Part shown: in pieces, positions 29,708-42,887 of the stretch | Layout: every line of letters starts with the position of its first letter | Numbering within the stretch: position 1 is the first letter of the stretch | From: the human T2T-CHM13v2.0 reference genome, Homo sapiens | Assembly (NCBI RefSeq): GCF_009914755.1 | Contig: NC_060927.1 | Strand: one strand, 5' to 3' | DNA: 64,000 nucleotides | Notes under the pieces: generated by a model | Told to the model about the DNA's origin: nothing | The model's input: the letters and a program-made list of their open reading frames with translations, nothing else | Databases searched by the model: none | Position numbers and translations under genes: made by a program

Positions 29708-30139
29708 CTAAAATTTAAAAACTTTGCCTTTTTCAAACTTCTAAAATTATTTGTCATAAACACAGCTCATGCATACATTCACAATAAAATTACCGAGAAT
29801 GTTCCTTAAAGGAAAACCAAATCAAAACTCACAGGGAATTTATTTAAGATTTAAAAATCCTTCTATATTTAGTCTATCTGTCATTCATTGAAAATATTCC
29901 CTGGATACTAAAACGTGAAAAATATACTCTTTGAATAATAGACTAAAATAGCTATCTAATGAAATAGCAATATATTCAAATTAGTGTGTAAAAGTATTTC
30001 TAGTTTATAAAACTTTAAAAAGTGTTTTGGAAGACTTGCAGATATGTGTATATATAAAATTAATAAGTATATATATACACTTAATAATCATATATATTTA
30101 ATAATCATATATATATATGCTGTTTTCTATGATTAAGTA

Positions 30140-30323
30140 GACTACATCTAAGACTACAGCTAAATTTGCTCTTCAGAAGCCAGACACATTGCTTAACTGT
30201 CTTGTCTTGCTGCAATGATCAATACATTTTTCCAGTCAGTAAACATCTCAGCATCTGTCGTATTGGACAAAGCTTTTCCAGGATGCTCTAGTTCTGGCAA
30301 AGCATCTAAAAAGAATCAGCACA
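30140..30323 (-). pseudogene. Pseudo-exon: WSC domain, first half
   Basis: Acceptor ctttgttcctccag|; (G)CF, ELEHPGKALSNTTDAEM and LEKCIDHCSK (30209-30235) match the WSC GCF......T.E.C...C pattern. Confidence 0.6.
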
Positions 30324-30609
30324 CTGGAGGAACAAAGTTCACGAAGGACAGCTTTAGTTCAGTGATGAGACACAATCTATTAGACAAAAGATCTTCACTT
30401 ATTCAAGTAATAAAAATTAGTAATTTTGCCTTAAATTCAAAACAAGCAACTAAACACATAAGCAGACCATCGATCACACCAATTAACTACAACCTATGCA
30501 ACCGATAAGCCTGGGATATAGTACACTTGACTAAGCAATGAAACCCCCAAAACATTTATAAAGTACAAAAGCCACATGCCAGGCAATTAATGATAATAAA
30601 GTTTTGACC

Positions 30610-30800
30610 AAAGGCTCGCTAGTTAAATCTCAGCCCTATCACTTTTAACAATGTGCTTTTGCATTAAGCTACTTAACCTCTCTGTCTCTCATATTATTCA
30701 TCTGTAAAATGAGAACCACTCCTGGGTTTACTGAAAAACTAAAAACATTAAAAATAAATTGTTTGCAATAGAGCCTGGTGCAGATTGAGCACTTAAGAAA
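30610..30800 (+). mobile_element. MIR
   Basis: acttaacctctctgt...catctgtaaaatgag core. Confidence 0.65.
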
Positions 30801-31267
30801 AAATTTAAAAAATCATATGTAGTTAGCTACTAGCAGTTAGTTAGAAAGAAAATATTTCTATTCTTCTTTACAATATTAGTTTTTAATTATTAATTATCCA
30901 TTGTCAAATTGCCACCTAATAGTGCTAAAACAAGATTTTTAAAACTTTTTTTCAATCATGTAATTTCTGCAATTTGAAGAATCAAGAGATGTCTGCCCTG
31001 TTCTCTGATTCTTATTCTGGTTTGGTCTCAACACACCCTTATATTGCATTCTTTGTTACCCTCAAAATAAAATACATATGTAATAAGCTATCACATAATT
31101 TAATATACAGAAATATATACATACTAATATGTTCACTGAAAAATGAAAAGAAAGTGAATTACACTAAAATCATGTCGATTTTAATATATAATTCTTAGAC
31201 TTTTATATATTGAAGACATAATGAAATAGACATTTGGACTTCCACGTGAAATCACTGTGAACATGAC

Positions 31268-31355
31268 CTTTACAGATGGAGGCTGATACTGATATAGGTG
31301 TGTAGTATTATTGAGTCCAACACCAAAAGCCACACTTTCCTCTGTGATGTGACTT
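31268..31355 (-). pseudogene. Pseudo-exon: kringle second half
   Basis: 88 nt between ttgctcag| and AAG|GTCATG; FWCWTQ (cf. PWCYT) and YQY..ICK (cf. WEYCDIP.C); position and inferred phases resemble KREMEN exon 3. Confidence 0.5.
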
Positions 31356-32089
31356 CTGAGCAAACTAAAGTATAATCTCTCTTTCATAAGGTAGTTGTAT
31401 AGCAAGAATTACTATAAAAAACTGGAATTAGCTTCTAGGCTCAGTTAATGACAGAATTTTTGCCTACATGAATTCTCAGTGGGACAGTTGGAAGTTTTCA
31501 TTCAGAAGAGCCCTATGTACTGCAGTACATAAAGCTTCCCTGGTCTCTACCAACTAAATGTTGGTGGCAATTTCTCTCCGGTAATTACAAAAACCAAATG
31601 ACCCTGCAGGTTTCCAAAATAACCCTAAAAGTACTGATTCTCAACTTTTTTAAAAAAGGTTACTATTAGTGCCACCCCTAAGGAGACTTTTAGACATTTT
31701 TATGTTAATCACACTCTCTCAGATGTTATGTTAATGGCACAGACACACTGTGCTTTATACATAAAAAGTATGTTTTTTTTTTCACCCCACATGATCAAAT
31801 TTTCTTCCTTTTGAGGGCATAAGAGAGTGAATGCCTGTCTTAAGGGGACTAGACAGCCTCCATTGAGAAACAAGGATTATGCTGAGAAATAGAATAGGTC
31901 ATAGGGCCAGAGTCCTGTCCGGCATGCATAGCTGGGGGCTTCAGATCAATAGCAGATTCCTTGGTCCCTTACTATGTATGCTTGCAGCTCCTCTGAGGCA
32001 GCAGTAAGGAGAGAAATGTGAGAAGTCATAAGTCTGTGTAGATACAAAACAAGAGCAGTCCTAAAGAGTCATAGTCAGATCATATCAGT

Positions 32090-32400
32090 GTTTAATCCAC
32101 TAAATCTACTCAAACTCCTGCAAGTTGCTTCCCATTCCATCCAGATTAAAATCTCAATCCCTTATATTGGTCTATAAGGCCCTACGTGACCGGCTGCCCC
32201 CCGACCTCCCACTGACTTCTGAACAAGCTGACTTCTGGACACCCTCCCATAATCATGCCAAGTACACTGTTAATATCTAACCCTTTGCATTTACTGTGCC
32301 CACTCTTTGGAACACTTTTCCTCTGATTCCTCTGATATATCACTACTCCCTCATTTCTTACAGATTTGCTAATTTGTTCAATGGATACATATATACTGAT
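32090..32400 (+). mobile_element. L2 fragment
   Basis: tataaggccctacgtgacc...ctttgcatttactgtgccc...tggaacactttt. Confidence 0.6.
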
Positions 32401-32462
32401 TAAGCCTGTATTTAAAAATCAAAAGCGATCATGCCCATTCTGGCACAGACATGTTTACTTAT

Positions 32463-32805
32463 CTGCCATAATATTTTAAACTACTTATAAACTGAAAAAT
32501 GACCACATATCTCACACTCCATAAAATTTCCTTAAAAACATCAAGATTGTTTTTAATAGGAAGAAAAAACCTGATGCTTTCAGGTTGACAGAAGAGCATG
32601 GGCTCATTGCGTTGAGCGTAAATGAAAGCTGTTTCATATTTTCCCACTTGTAGACATTTATATATATGCATATAAACATAACTATGAAATACACTGAGAT
32701 TGTTCTTAATTCTTAAAATTGTGATAGAATTTTTATAGGTGTTTTCCAAACATGATCCAAAAATGACATTAAAGACTGACATTGCTGATTCGCTCACACT
32801 AGACC
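32463..32805 (-). pseudogene. Pseudo-exon: kringle-like domain plus first half of a second kringle (a WSC-like reading is also possible)
   Basis: Acceptor ttctcttttgctacacaag|; SVSESAMS (cf. SVTESG..C), YHNFKN (cf. HNFCRN), S*-YV (cf. PWCYV), VYKWE, GV*DMWS; ends YYG-AG|ataagt, interpretable as a decayed NYCR|gtaagt phase-2 junction. Confidence 0.5.
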
Positions 32806-33264
32806 CTTGTGTAGCAAAAGAGAACTCACAGTGCTTAGGTTTATTGGGTGCACATTTACCTCTGGTTTTATATTTAATTACTCATTCAGAAACGCTTGCT
32901 GTGTTCTGATCAGTCCTCTGAATTATGTCACCAAATGTAAATTTACTTCAAAATATGGTAAATGTGAGTTCTCAGCCAAACTATTAAATTAGAAAAATAC
33001 TGCAATCAGCTAAAATAAATTCAAAGCTGTTTGCATTATTTCCTAGACATAAAAACTAGAGTGTTCAAATATTTTTCCAAGTTTTTCTATCAATTTCCTG
33101 AGTCACTCCATAAAAGATACATATATAACAACCCCCACAACACACACACACTTACGCACACCAAGTTGCACATTTAACAAATGCTAATATAAGGGAAACA
33201 TGTTCTAATTGCATTATTTTTGGCAGATACATGACAAATTTAGCGTATGGATTCCCAAAATTAC

Positions 33265-33361
33265 CCTCCCATTTCAAGTTCTTCTCTATGAAAGCATTTT
33301 ACATTTCCCCCCATCACGCAAATCATGTGCACTTCTACTTTGAAGGCTTCAGTTTAAAAAC
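33265..33361 (-). pseudogene. Possible pseudo-exon: CTL end / kringle start
   Basis: Acceptor tttgcatttag|g and donor AGG|GTAATT; F*TEAFKVEVHMICVMGGNVKCFHREE. Confidence 0.35.
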
Positions 33362-34364
33362 CTAAATGCAAATTTTCATAACAAGGGTAATTTTTAATTT
33401 TTCTTTTTACGTATTGATAATAAGTTAGCTGTCAAGGATGATGGTTTGATTTGAAGTCTGTGTATTAGAATGTGATATGTCATTTATACAGCAAGACTTT
33501 CATATTGAGGAAAATGTCCATTCTAAATAATGCATGTCCTAAATTCATAAGTAGATTATATTAGGAGGAGATATAAAGGCTCTATTTGTTCTTTTTAAAA
33601 ATCAGTATTGGAATTTTGATTAATTGGTTAATTGATGTATATATGTGTAAATGGATGGGTTTTATTAAATACGTCAATAATTTAGTAAAAACAATTCTAA
33701 GATACCCTCTTATATTTCTGTAGGATTTTTGGACTTGTTCATCTCAAATAAATAATTTTAACTTTAGAAATTCATTTGATGTAAGGAGAGGAAACAGCAC
33801 CATTAAAAATTACTAATTACTGAATATTTATTGACTTTGCAAAGCATATATAAAAGTCAAGGCAATATAAATATATATCTATATACTGATATCTATATGT
33901 ATACCCATATTTAAATTTGAGATAAAGAAAATTCAAATTGGGTTATTAGTTTAAAAGTTGGCCATTTGGAAATTATTATCCTTTAATTCAGTAAACCAGA
34001 GTAGGTAAATTATTCCTAAGAATTACTGATTTTTTTAAAAAAAAATTAGCTCTAATTTCCCCAAGCTGTTTTTGGAATATCTGTCCAGTCATTCATTAGG
34101 TAATTCATTATTTATTTATTAAGGATCTAAGACGTGTGGCTAATTTGGGTTTTAATATGAAGTTGCTACAGTTAGCTAAAATTTAAAGGCCAAAATATGT
34201 AAGAATTGGTATTCAGTCCTCTACATTTTGCTGATTGAACCACTCAAAGTATTCTGAGGGTAGACATTATAAAAGTGAATTGGGTCTGCTTTTTCTCTCA
34301 TGAATAATATTTAATAATAAATGAGGGAAAATTAAGTCCTTTGGGAATGGCTAATGTCACATAC

Positions 34365-34830
34365 ATGATTTTAGATGATGAAGAGGAAGGGATAGGGCTT
34401 CTTAAGTTGGAAGCATTTTAATTAAGTTTTTGAAAGAGTTTAAGTGATTTTAAATACTACTGAACATCCAATATGTATTCGTAAACACAAATTTGTAAAC
34501 GCAATGCAGAACAATCATAAATCAGAGATCAGTGTACTAACTATGCTTCTTAATCATCAGTGTCAGAAAAAGGAGGAGGATTATAAATACAGGTACTCTG
34601 CCAATAAAAATCAAAGAATCTTCAAAAATTTCTAACACTTAAAATAAAAATATATTATATAACCATAAAAATAAAATGAACTCTTGGCAAAGACAGCACT
34701 GAAATTTCTCTAGGTTTCTTCAATATTTTATCCTGATATTTATGAGTGTTTAAGTGCTCTTTCAAGTTATTTTTTCAGAAAGAAACAATACTTCATGGTT
34801 ACACGTACAGTAGTGTGTGTGCTTATGTAA
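34365..34830 (-). pseudogene. Possible pseudo-exons: C-type lectin domain 6
   Basis: FLSEKIT*KS (cf. SEKKTW) near 34760-34790; acceptor at 34597 followed by FCIAFTN; donor CAT|GTATGT at 34365. Confidence 0.3.
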
Positions 34831-35759
34831 CATTGGTAACTGCTTACTAATTTAAATTTGTTAAACGCATTTTGATTCTTTTTTATTTTTTGATTACTTG
34901 ATATATAAGCTACTGTTCAGTGTGTTTTTTTAAGCTTTGAGAACGTAAATCTCAAAATACAACGTAATTTTCTCTGCACTTATCATGGTATCATATGATT
35001 TATGTGAGAATTAGAAAAAATAAACACAAATAATAAATTTGTGACTCGATTTGAATTAGATTTTTTCAATTTGGAGATAAGTTCTGATTCCATTAAAAAT
35101 ATATTCCCTAATCTTTTATCAACCTGCCTGTTGGTAAAAGACACTTATTATTACAGACAATAATAGATACATATCATCATTCTTTCATTGCTATGTTTAA
35201 GTTACATTTCCCCATTGCATACTGTGAGGTGGATTCTGTACCAACAAAGCAATATGCTTTCAAGAAACAGCTATCTTCCTGTTGGTAAATAACGCAGGCA
35301 AGTATATGCAATAAATAAAGAGGCATTTTGAGGGGAAGGAAAACTTAATAATTACAGCACTAATAATAATAAGTACCCCAAACAAAGTCACCGGTATTTG
35401 AACACATGTGCTCACTCTTTATGGACACTGGGGTAAATCTTTACAATTTGTGTGAGAGAACATATTGCTATCTCCATTTAACAGGTAAAAACAGAGACCC
35501 AGAGAGATCATGCCAGTTCTCACAACATATGCATGGAAGAGTTGGGTTTGGATCTCAGTATTTCTGCCTCCAGGGTGCCTACTCTTATAGTCTTCATATG
35601 ACAGAATGCTTTTGAAACACATTGGAAACTTTTTAATTGTTTTCTCCAAAATTAGATTTGGGGTTAGCTTGACCCATTACTTTTCACTAGAAATAATTTT
35701 GATGATTATTTTTATGAAGCCTTTATTTATAGTATAAGAAATTTCTTTAGCAGTGAATG

Positions 35760-36330
35760 GTGAAATTTCTGGTGGAGATTTCTGGTGGAACTCATCGTCT
35801 TCTTCCCCACAAACTTTTTTCAGTTTATCATAGAGTAGCTACATTGCTACTGTATGGTAAACTGCTTAATTAAGTGACTCAGGATAATGGGCTGTCAAAG
35901 TGTCTTCAAATTATCCACTCATTCTCTCTTAATCCACTTCTCAAATATACAGTTTTATATCACAAAAAACCTCCCACCCTCTGTTTCTGTTTTTCTCAGG
36001 CAAGAAAAAATGCTGTAACAAGGCTCGATATTTTAATGCTAGTAACTTTTTGGATTATTTTCTTTATGATAAAAATGAGAGATGAACCAAGACTACACTA
36101 CTGTTAAGTCTGCTCAGCATTTTCTTGTATTAATTAAACAACAGCAAACTGACATATAGTGTAAAATCTTAATGGAGAAAGTGTTAAACAAATTCAAAGA
36201 AAAAAAGTGGCTACTTGGGCAGGGATTTTGGACAAGTTATAGCAGTGATATATTCATCACCATATTTCCTCAGACACACTGTTCTACATCATTATGCTGT
36301 CCAAAACTAACTGAGTTCTAACACATAAAT
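35760..36330 (-). pseudogene. Pseudo-exon(s): C-type lectin domain 5
   Basis: IYHCYNLSKIPA (~36200-36250) and LRKTETEGGRF..FEKWIKRE*VDNLKTL* (~35890-36000) match CTL HCY and GL...EG.F...F.NW...EP.N..C motifs; boundaries uncertain. Confidence 0.5.
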
Positions 36331-36679
36331 TTTTAACAGTTCTGTAACGTAGGAACAATTTCAAATGGCAAATAATAGGTAGTTTCTAAGAAGGACTAAA
36401 GAACAGTAAAATTGGACATCGTTTCTTTTTCAAAGACATTGTATTCTTAGGTGTGGTTTTACCCTACTTTTGGGGATTAATTTTTATGAGTTCAAATCAC
36501 TAATTTTAAAATCAAAGTCAGTTGGAAAATAGTGATTTTCCAGAAATAAACTACATAGTCAAATTTGTTGGATTACATGAGTATCGTGAGAAAACCAAAC
36601 AAAACAAAAAGAAAAAAAATGATGTAGACTCCATTTCTTTCAGTATGAAATATTTGTTAGAATGAAAAAGTTACAATGG

Positions 36680-37525
36680 AAATAATGATATGGGAGATGC
36701 TTGAAACCATCATGATGGTATCATTTGGAGCCATCTCTCTGTGGCAGAAGCTGGGATGAATGCTGGATTTATTTCAGTTATGTTCATCCTATTAGATTAC
36801 TCAGAGGCTCATAATATCTATACACATTTAATTTCCATCACTTTTATAAAAATAAAATCAAAGTTGCTGTTGCTTTTCACTGTTTTGAAATCATGCTTCT
36901 GTAGAGTTTTAACCTTTCCATATGGAATGATTGAGAATGGATTACCTGAAAAATTGCTTTTCTATTCATGTGTATGACAGCTGAGTTCAGCTGTTTTCTT
37001 AAGCATCTATGGAACAGCTGAACACTTTCTCCTGGTTCCCAGATTTGAAGCTAGGGGACTTGAGGCAACAAAGTTACACTGGAATGTATATGATCAACAA
37101 AGTTACACTGGAATGTATATTATCAAGGCATTTACTTTTCCTTCATCTGCTGCAGCTTTAAGTTGTTTGTGGGACAGTTATGGGTAAAAATCAACTATGC
37201 CTCCTGTCCTTTGTACATATGGGTGTATATATTAACACAACTATATCCACCATAATTGCATATTAGAGAACCAGTGCAGTACAAAATAGGTAAGCTCCAA
37301 ATTTCAATCTTGGTCTTAGAAACTTAACTATAAAGTTCTTATCTGTCATCTGGCATTTGTATTCACCCTGAGACGACAAGCATAGCAATGTGAAGAAATG
37401 CAAGAAAACAAAGTTGCTTTTATGTGTTAAGAGCAAATAAGACGATTTGGTGCCATGCACTGAAGGCCACTCATGTTCTGCCATCAGTTAAACCTGGTTT
37501 TCTGAACAATCAAGCATTAACCAAA
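36680..37525 (-). pseudogene. Large pseudo-exon: WSC domain followed by KREMEN-like CUB domain
   Basis: WSC part: LDCSEN..PSVHGTKSS..SCIS..CLSSQGEYK and CTGSLICNYGGYSCVNIY (C.G....CGG....IY ending). CUB part: LIFTHNCPTNN (cf. VYSPDFP), IYIP, LKSPSF, IWEPGESVQLF and SNF.ILF..KSDG (cf. KREMEN1 DFVILYFFSD). Many frameshifts; acceptor probably decayed (ttccat). Confidence 0.65.
37066..37126. repeat. 29-bp tandem duplication
   Basis: caacaaagttacactggaatgtatat(g/t)at, two copies. Confidence 0.95.
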
Positions 37526-37959
37526 TGGAAAGAGACATAGGATGAATAAGCCTGTGTTGCTTTAGTGCAAAGGACAGTGTTACTATAATAATTTTATTGT
37601 CTATAAAGCATATACTTACCATGGCCATTAAAAAACTAGATTATAATTAAATTATTGGAATTTTAAAAATATTTAGTAAATATTCAAAGGCCTCAGCTGG
37701 AATGTATCTTATTTTACAGAAATAGAGTAACAAATAGATATGTGTAATCAAATTCATTTTTAAAGTTATTTTCTTGCAATAACTATTACAAAGTTTCTCT
37801 GAACCCTCCTTGTATTAAAAAATAATGGTTTTTAATATACTAGCTATTCTTTCTTGCCTTGAATTGGACTCACTGCCCCATTGAAATTATGTTTTTAAAA
37901 AATTTTTCAAGTAGATAATTTACAAATATTCATGATATTATATATAAACATTGTTTCTT

Positions 37960-38243
37960 CCCAAAATATTATACCACAAATGATTATGGGCATGCAACAC
38001 TATAGCATTCTTCATAAAAGAAAATATAGAACACTTTCCAGAGTTTCACTATGATGTACTATGTAGTTTTGAAGTGTAATGATATGGAGATAGTCCTCTC
38101 TGGTTCTATGAACTTTTCTAAAGCAATGCCTGAGATCAGTACCCCGACTGCCACTGGTGCTCAGATGATTGCAAAATAAATATTTGCTCTACAAAGAGGT
38201 CAGTGACAATTGTATGTTATGACATGCAGTTCTGCTCCTGTAT
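37960..38243 (-). pseudogene. Pseudo-exon: probable C-type lectin domain 4
   Basis: Acceptor tgtgcttccttgcag|; motifs across frames: SRTACHNIQLSLTSL*S, GY(W)ISG, SGKCSIF, YSVACP*SFV. Confidence 0.45.
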
Positions 38244-39067
38244 CTGCAAGGAAGCACATTATGCTTTCTCTGATAGGGCCCAGTCACCTCTGTGGCTGCT
38301 CACTGACAAATCCTATCAACTTGTCATGTTCCCTAGTTGTCTGTATTACACTGTGAGCTTCAGGCTGTATTTTAGTGTATCTTGGTTACTAATCTTTGTC
38401 TGGAGGTAATTCTTTACTTTTTATTTTACTTCATCATGAATCTATTGATTTTTGGTATTGACCCCATTATCTGATCAACATTGCAAGAATATTTTCTCAC
38501 TGGATAAAAAAGGGATGAGAAATAATAAAGACAAATTCTTTTGTAACTTTATATTGTGGATCAAACACATATACTATTTTAACTTAGTGGATGTAATGTT
38601 TCTTTGCAAAAGAGATTTCTAAAAAATACGTAAAATATGGTAGTTTGGGAAAGGGAGGAAAAGACAAAGAATAAAGGATGAAACAAATTGTTTTCAACAA
38701 AAAATGTATAAGCCAATAAATGGCTCCTAGATTTTCAAAACTAGTGCTCTTAAAGAAGAGGAAAAAACTGTTTTGCAGTATTAAGTTCTTGGGGAATTGT
38801 ATGATATTGCTAATAAAATGGCAAAATGAAACACAAAATTGGAAAAATAGCAATGGTAGTTATTTTTTCATCTTTAAAAATTTATTTCAAATTATTTCAG
38901 GGCATCTCTGAAGAAACTTTCCTGAATAATTCTTATATTTCAAAAATTTCTGCAAGAAACACTTGACCTTTGGCCAGTGAGAGCAGAAAAGGAGGAGACA
39001 GCTGGAGATAACCGTAGAGGGTTCATTTGAGAATGTTGAGATGTGATGCTAAAAAAAATAAAACTTC

Positions 39068-39300
39068 AAGTCTGGGAACATAGTGGAACCCAATCTCAAA
39101 AAAAAAAAAAATCTCTAAAAAAAAAAGTTAACCAGGCATGATGGTACATGTCCGTAGTCCCATAGTCCCAGCTACTCAGGAGGCTGAGGTGAGATCTCTT
39201 GAGCCTGGAGGTCAATGCTACAGTGAGCTAGGTGGCGCCACTCCACCCCAGACTGGGTGGCAGAGAGAGATTCTGTCTCAAAAAAAGATAATAATAATAA
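39068..39300 (+). mobile_element. Truncated AluJ
   Basis: End of left arm plus decayed right arm. Confidence 0.85.
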
Positions 39301-39575
39301 TAAAACACCAAAACAGCAACAAAAAAATGCTTCCTGGCATATTTATGGAGGGATTTCTTTCCCCCAAAAGCTAGAAGTTTTGTCAAGCCTATAGGGAAGA
39401 GATGCATTGTGTGTGTGTGTGAGTATGTGTGTGTGGTGTGTGTGTGTGTTTGGGGGTGTTGGTAGTGGCTACATAAATGAATAGAACAGCCTAAAGATAA
39501 GGTGTTTCAGCCACTGAAAGTTATTCCTGGAAAGATGTTTAGGTTTGCAAGTTCAAGGGAAAGAATACACTTCAC

Positions 39576-40110
<535 letters not shown>

Positions 40111-40171
40111 TAGAAGACATTGTAATAGCCATTCAGAGGTAGCAATAAATGGATGATGTACATAAACTCAC

Positions 40172-40327
40172 AGTCTCGGGGCCTTGCCTTATGAAAGAAT
40201 ACCAGAAACCTTATTTCCCGATAATATAATCTTGTGTATAATACAATTCTGCCTCTTTAAACGTTGTGAAAAAAATACATGATACAAATTTATGACACTT
40301 GTTGTGTTTAGTTCCACTTTTATAAAC
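40172..40327 (-). pseudogene. Pseudo-exon: C-type lectin domain 3, N-terminal part
   Basis: Acceptor gtgtctattcttcag|g and donor ACT|GTGAGT; 156 nt; HNKCHKFVSCIFFTTFKEAELYYTQ...GFWYSF (cf. NKCYKFV...TWDEAE.YC...FWIGL); one stop. Confidence 0.7.
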
Positions 40328-40914
40328 CTGAAGAATAGACACTGCTTCCTTAGTAAAATTGTCTTTAAGTCATTATTGCTTACCTTATTTAACTCAGACA
40401 ATAATTTTCTTTCTGTGTTCTTCCCTGCTTAAACTCTTATTTAATAGGTGTTATTTTAGTGGGTATGAGCCCTTTTCTTAGTAGATTCTTCTTTGTAGTG
40501 GGGTTGTTTTCTTATTTTCTAAATGTGTTTGTTTAGAAAAGATAGAAGTATTAATGATTTCTTAAATATTTTATAAAGTAATGAAGTAAGTAGGTATTGG
40601 TTACAATCTCTGATTTATTGTTAAATTATTATATACTTTAAAAATTGAGGATGATAAAAATAAGCACATTTTACAGACCAAAATAAAATAACATAATTCG
40701 ATGTATAGTGAAGTTACTGTACTTCTGTAAACAATGGACTCTTCTAAGTCTTATTTTCCTTGCCATATGATTGTGGGGGTTCTATAAACTAGACACTTAT
40801 TTTTTCTTTACAAAATTAAATAAATCTAAAGGTTCAATTCTATGTTATGTCTATGGTCCAGTTTTTTAATTCGATTAAATGTCTACCTTAAAAATTGTTT
40901 ATTAAAAAAATTGG

Positions 40915-41100
40915 GTTAGCGAGGAGTGGTGGTACATGCCTGTGATCCCAGCTACTCGGGAGGCTGAGAGGCAGGAGATTCGCTTGAACCCACGAGGCCG
41001 AGGTTGTGGTGAGCTAAGATCATGCCATTGCACTCCAGTCTGGTCAACAAGAGTGAAATTCCGTCTCAAAAAAATAAAAAAAATAAAAAAAATTAAAAAA
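40915..41100 (+). mobile_element. 5'-truncated Alu (right arm)
   Basis: Right arm with patterned A tail; TSD-like aaaaaa(a/t)ttggg. Confidence 0.88.
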
Positions 41101-42254
41101 TTTGGGAGAAGCCTCCAAAAGAACGCAGAAATAAGCAGAGATTACATATAATCTCAGTACTGAAGGAAAAGTTTTCTTTATTTGGTGCCTATACTTTTAA
41201 TTGAATTTATCTTTATATATTATTTAATGAATATTCATTGAATAAATGTATTTTTTCAGAATTTTTACTAGAGTTGGGGAAAGAAACAATAACAAAATAG
41301 ACATATTTCTTGCCTTCTTGGAGTTTATATTTTATTGGTGCAGAAATAAACATGTAAATAAATATATGATATAAAGTTAGATACTAGTAACTGCTATAAA
41401 AACAGGATTTGAAAATTGAGAGTGATATGGTGTGCAGTTCTTGAGAAGGTCTTTATCAGTTCTTGTCTTTGAATCATACTACATATAAATCTGTACAGCC
41501 TGTCTTTTCCCAGCAGATGTTATATCTTAAGCTGTTTTCTATGCCACCATTTTTTGAAACTTGCTTGTAATGATAGAAAATAATTAAGTTTTAAAGGGTC
41601 TACTAGACTTACTTATTTTTCTATATTTTAGATTTATAGACTTTCTTTTTTCAATAACAAATATTTCAACAGATATCTTTGTAAATAAATGTTTTTCCAA
41701 GAGCAAAACCATATTCAATACCTTTTATATATTCCAAAATAACTTACATAAATGATATACCAACTTCTCATATTTGATTGGTATTTTGAAGTGTCCATTT
41801 ATTCAAGAAAATACACTTTGAGTTTCTATGATGTGTCAGACATTCTAGGTTATGTTGAAAATGATACAAAAAGTCTCCTTCATGAGTTCATGATTTTAAG
41901 AAACAGGACAAATTATAAATAGATGCAAAAAGTTGAATAAACATGAGAATAAATTGGTAAGCCCTAATTATGGAAAACATGTTAGAAAATAAAATATTTG
42001 AAGACATTAAAGTGTCTCAAGACCATAAATGCAATCTATTTTGAAGTGGAAGTTTGTCTTTAATGACCAATGAAATATTTTTATGCATTCAGAAGTCCAT
42101 GAATAGAATATGACAAAAAAAAGATTTATAAAGTCTCTGATATAGGCAAAAAAAATATACATTCCCATAGCATTCAGGTCTATACCAAAAGCTGTAACTT
42201 GATATTTTTTGGAAATTAAAATTTGATTGAGTTTTTTACTTTGGCTTTTATTAC

Positions 42255-42653
42255 TGCTATTTTAATTATATTATGCAACTCTCCATTCATAAGGAAATTG
42301 AAGATCTCTCCAAATATATTTCACAAGTTCCCCCAAAAGAATATCTGATAAGTTGAATATGAGCTGTCCATCATAACTTCCTCATTTTTGGGAATCAATT
42401 TATCTGTGTCTCAAGCAAAATTGTCTTAGTTGAGAATGTCTCAGTAAATTGCCTCAGCTTTTCTCACTGAAACTCTTCACTGCAAAGGTCTGCACCCATG
42501 ACTCAATTTTGTGTTTCCCAAAGATTTATTTGAATAGGAAAAGGTTGAAACCCATGAGTCTAAGTTCCTACACAGCTCCCTATTCTGTTGCTTTTTGGCA
42601 TTGGAGACCACCACAAAAATCATAATATAGGATATCTTATAGCTCAGTCACCT
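42255..42653 (-). pseudogene. Pseudo-exon: C-type lectin domain 2
   Basis: Acceptor ttgactttctaag|; *LSYKISY...NRELCRNLDSWVST (cf. WLSY..SCY...ARELCR.LDSHL), later YDGQ, GGTCEIY and YEWRVA across frameshifts. Confidence 0.5.
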
Positions 42654-42745
42654 CTTAGAAAGTCAATTCATTTAAAAACATAAAATTGAATTTCTACATT
42701 AAGAACAACTGGTTTATCACAATTGCTGCATTCTTACCATCTCAC

Positions 42746-42887
42746 CTCAACTTTCAATTTTTTTTCCAAGCATTATTTGCACATATATATATACACACAT
42801 ATATATTCTCTTTGAGACTTTTAAAAATATGGCCCCTAAGCTTACTGAGAAACTGAGGTATGGGATTTCCCACAGCAGGATAGTTCT
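42746..42887 (-). pseudogene. Pseudo-exon: end of CTL1 and linker
   Basis: Acceptor ttctttctattgcacaaaacttcctcag| and donor GAG|GTGAGA; LLWEIPYLSFSVSLGAIFLK resembles the W.V..C....GA(I/V)CK ending of mannose-receptor-family CTLs. Confidence 0.5.

Noticed and set aside
32459-32797. 112-aa ORF as an intact coding exon
   Set aside because: The recognisable motifs are spread over all three frames and the donor reads ataagt, so the open frame is not the ancestral one throughout.
37368-37500. CUB C-terminal reading of SNFVFLHFFT...SQG
   Set aside because: A WSC C-terminal motif follows within ~100 nt, leaving no room for a WSC N-terminus unless this segment is itself the WSC start.
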